From contig CADBMK010000169.1 in assembly GCA_902795785.1 (NCBI GenBank), forward strand, positions 1 through 36,638: 36,638 nucleotides of DNA. The letters are read 5' to 3'. Of this stretch, positions 35,531 through 36,638 are shown piece after piece. Every line of letters starts with the position of its first letter. Position 1 is the first letter of the stretch. A program made the translations under genes and the position numbers. Source of the DNA: an uncultured Bacteroidia bacterium. Its GTDB lineage: Bacteria > Bacteroidota > Bacteroidia > Bacteroidales > UBA932. The notes below the pieces were generated by a model. That model worked only from the letters and a program-made list of their open reading frames with translations. It searched no databases and was not told the DNA's origin.

Positions 35531-36638
35531 ATCGAAGCCGCAACCAGAAATCCAGTCGACCACGCAGCCTGGAGGTTGAATCCTCCGGTTATTGCGTCGA
35601 TATCCAATACTTCCCCGGCAAAGTACAGTCCGGGGATTTTTTTGGCTTGAAGCGTCTTTATGTCAATATTGCTCAGGGCCACGCCTCCACATGTTACGAA
35701 TTCATCCTTATAGTGTCCCCTGCCATTTATCGTGTGGACATCAGAGCATAGGACTGAAGCCAGCCTGTTGAAGGTCTTCTTTTGCAGGTTTCCCCATTTT
35801 TCCCCGCCTACACCCGCCCTGTGCGCAAGATACTCCCAAAGCCTTGCCGTCAGAACCTCAGGATAGGCATTGAGAACGGATTTCTGGGAATTGGATTCGG
35901 CAATCCTGCCAAGAAGGCTCCTTACCTGCTCTTCATTCATTCCGCCCATCCAGTTTATCGAGACATCCCCCTGATACTCCTTTTCCGCAAGTATCCTTGC
36001 AGCATATGAAGACAGTTTGAGGACTGCAGGGCCGCTGACGCCCCAATGAGTCAGAAGAAGAGGTCCCTCCCCTTTCATTTTGGTTCCGCAAAGGGACACG
36101 GTGGCATTCTCAACCACGGCTCCCATCATTGAGTTAAGTTCCGGATCCTTGACATTAAGGGTAAAAAGTGCGGGAATCGGCTTTTCTATCTCAAGCCCGA
36201 GCCCGTCAAGCATAGAGGATGTGCCGCGGGTAAATCCGCCGGTCGTCACCACTACCCTGTCGTATTCCTCAAGAAGATCTTTCACGGATTTGACAGGACA
36301 CCCGGTACGCACCGTAACTCCAAGGCTACGCATAAGACGCTGAAGCGTAAGGACAATCTGCATCGCATCCTGAGAAGCCGGGAACACACAACAGTCTTCC
36401 TGGACCACCAGGGCAACGCCCTCGGCCTCGAACCAGCGCATGACATCCTCGTTGCCGAAGACCTTCAGCGCCCTCTTCATCAGGGTCGTCCCCCTTGGAT
36501 AGACCTTGTCAAGAGACTTTACTTCAGCAAACGAATTTGTAAGATTACAGCGGCCGCCGCCTGTAACGGCCACCTTTGCAAGCGTTGTCTTTCCCGCTTC
36601 GAAAACGACGACCTCCGTTTCCGGGAGTCGTCGTTTAA
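35527..36638 (-). CDS. HI0933/YhiN-family FAD-dependent oxidoreductase (5'-truncated by window edge)
   Basis: Frame open to the window end (KRRLPETEVVVFEAG...). KVAVTGGGRCNLTN, VVTTGG, LLTHWGVSGPAVL, VTCGGV, GLYFAGEVLDIDAITGGFNLQAAWSTG. Confidence 0.93.
   Translation of the reverse strand, partial: KRRLPETEVVVFEAGKTTLAKVAVTGGGRCNLTNSFAEVKSLDKVYPRGTTLMKRALKVFGNEDVMRWFEAEGVALVVQEDCCVFPASQDAMQIVLTLQRLMRSLGVTVRTGCPVKSVKDLLEEYDRVVVTTGGFTRGTSSMLDGLGLEIEKPIPALFTLNVKDPELNSMMGAVVENATVSLCGTKMKGEGPLLLTHWGVSGPAVLKLSSYAARILAEKEYQGDVSINWMGGMNEEQVRSLLGRIAESNSQKSVLNAYPEVLTARLWEYLAHRAGVGGEKWGNLQKKTFNRLASVLCSDVHTINGRGHYKDEFVTCGGVALSNIDIKTLQAKKIPGLYFAGEVLDIDAITGGFNLQAAWSTGFLVAASI

Overview
This is a gene-dense housekeeping region of a Bacteroidota (Bacteroidales-like) chromosome. 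The assignment rests on repeated TANNTTTG (-7) promoter boxes, A-rich leaders without Shine-Dalgarno sites, GSIII, and DUF349/DUF3276/DUF5606 genes. It holds 34 CDSs (two truncated by the window edges), tRNA-Cys(GCA) and RNase P RNA. I saw no mobile element, CRISPR array or defence locus. The most interesting signals are: (i) two self-contained promoter-to-terminator units with no known gene, which are candidate sRNAs (about 18917-19045 and about 26067-26169); (ii) an exact 17-nt copy of the yajC translation-initiation region inside the second unit, part of an AACACARAA motif that recurs in several leaders; (iii) a half-size GlpB with a clean internal deletion in an otherwise intact glpABC operon; (iv) a degenerate racemase-like lipoprotein translationally coupled to GSIII; (v) a gap gene whose only plausible start is CTG, with clustered substitutions that may be sequencing errors. 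Protein calls come from motif recognition by eye; no searches were run.
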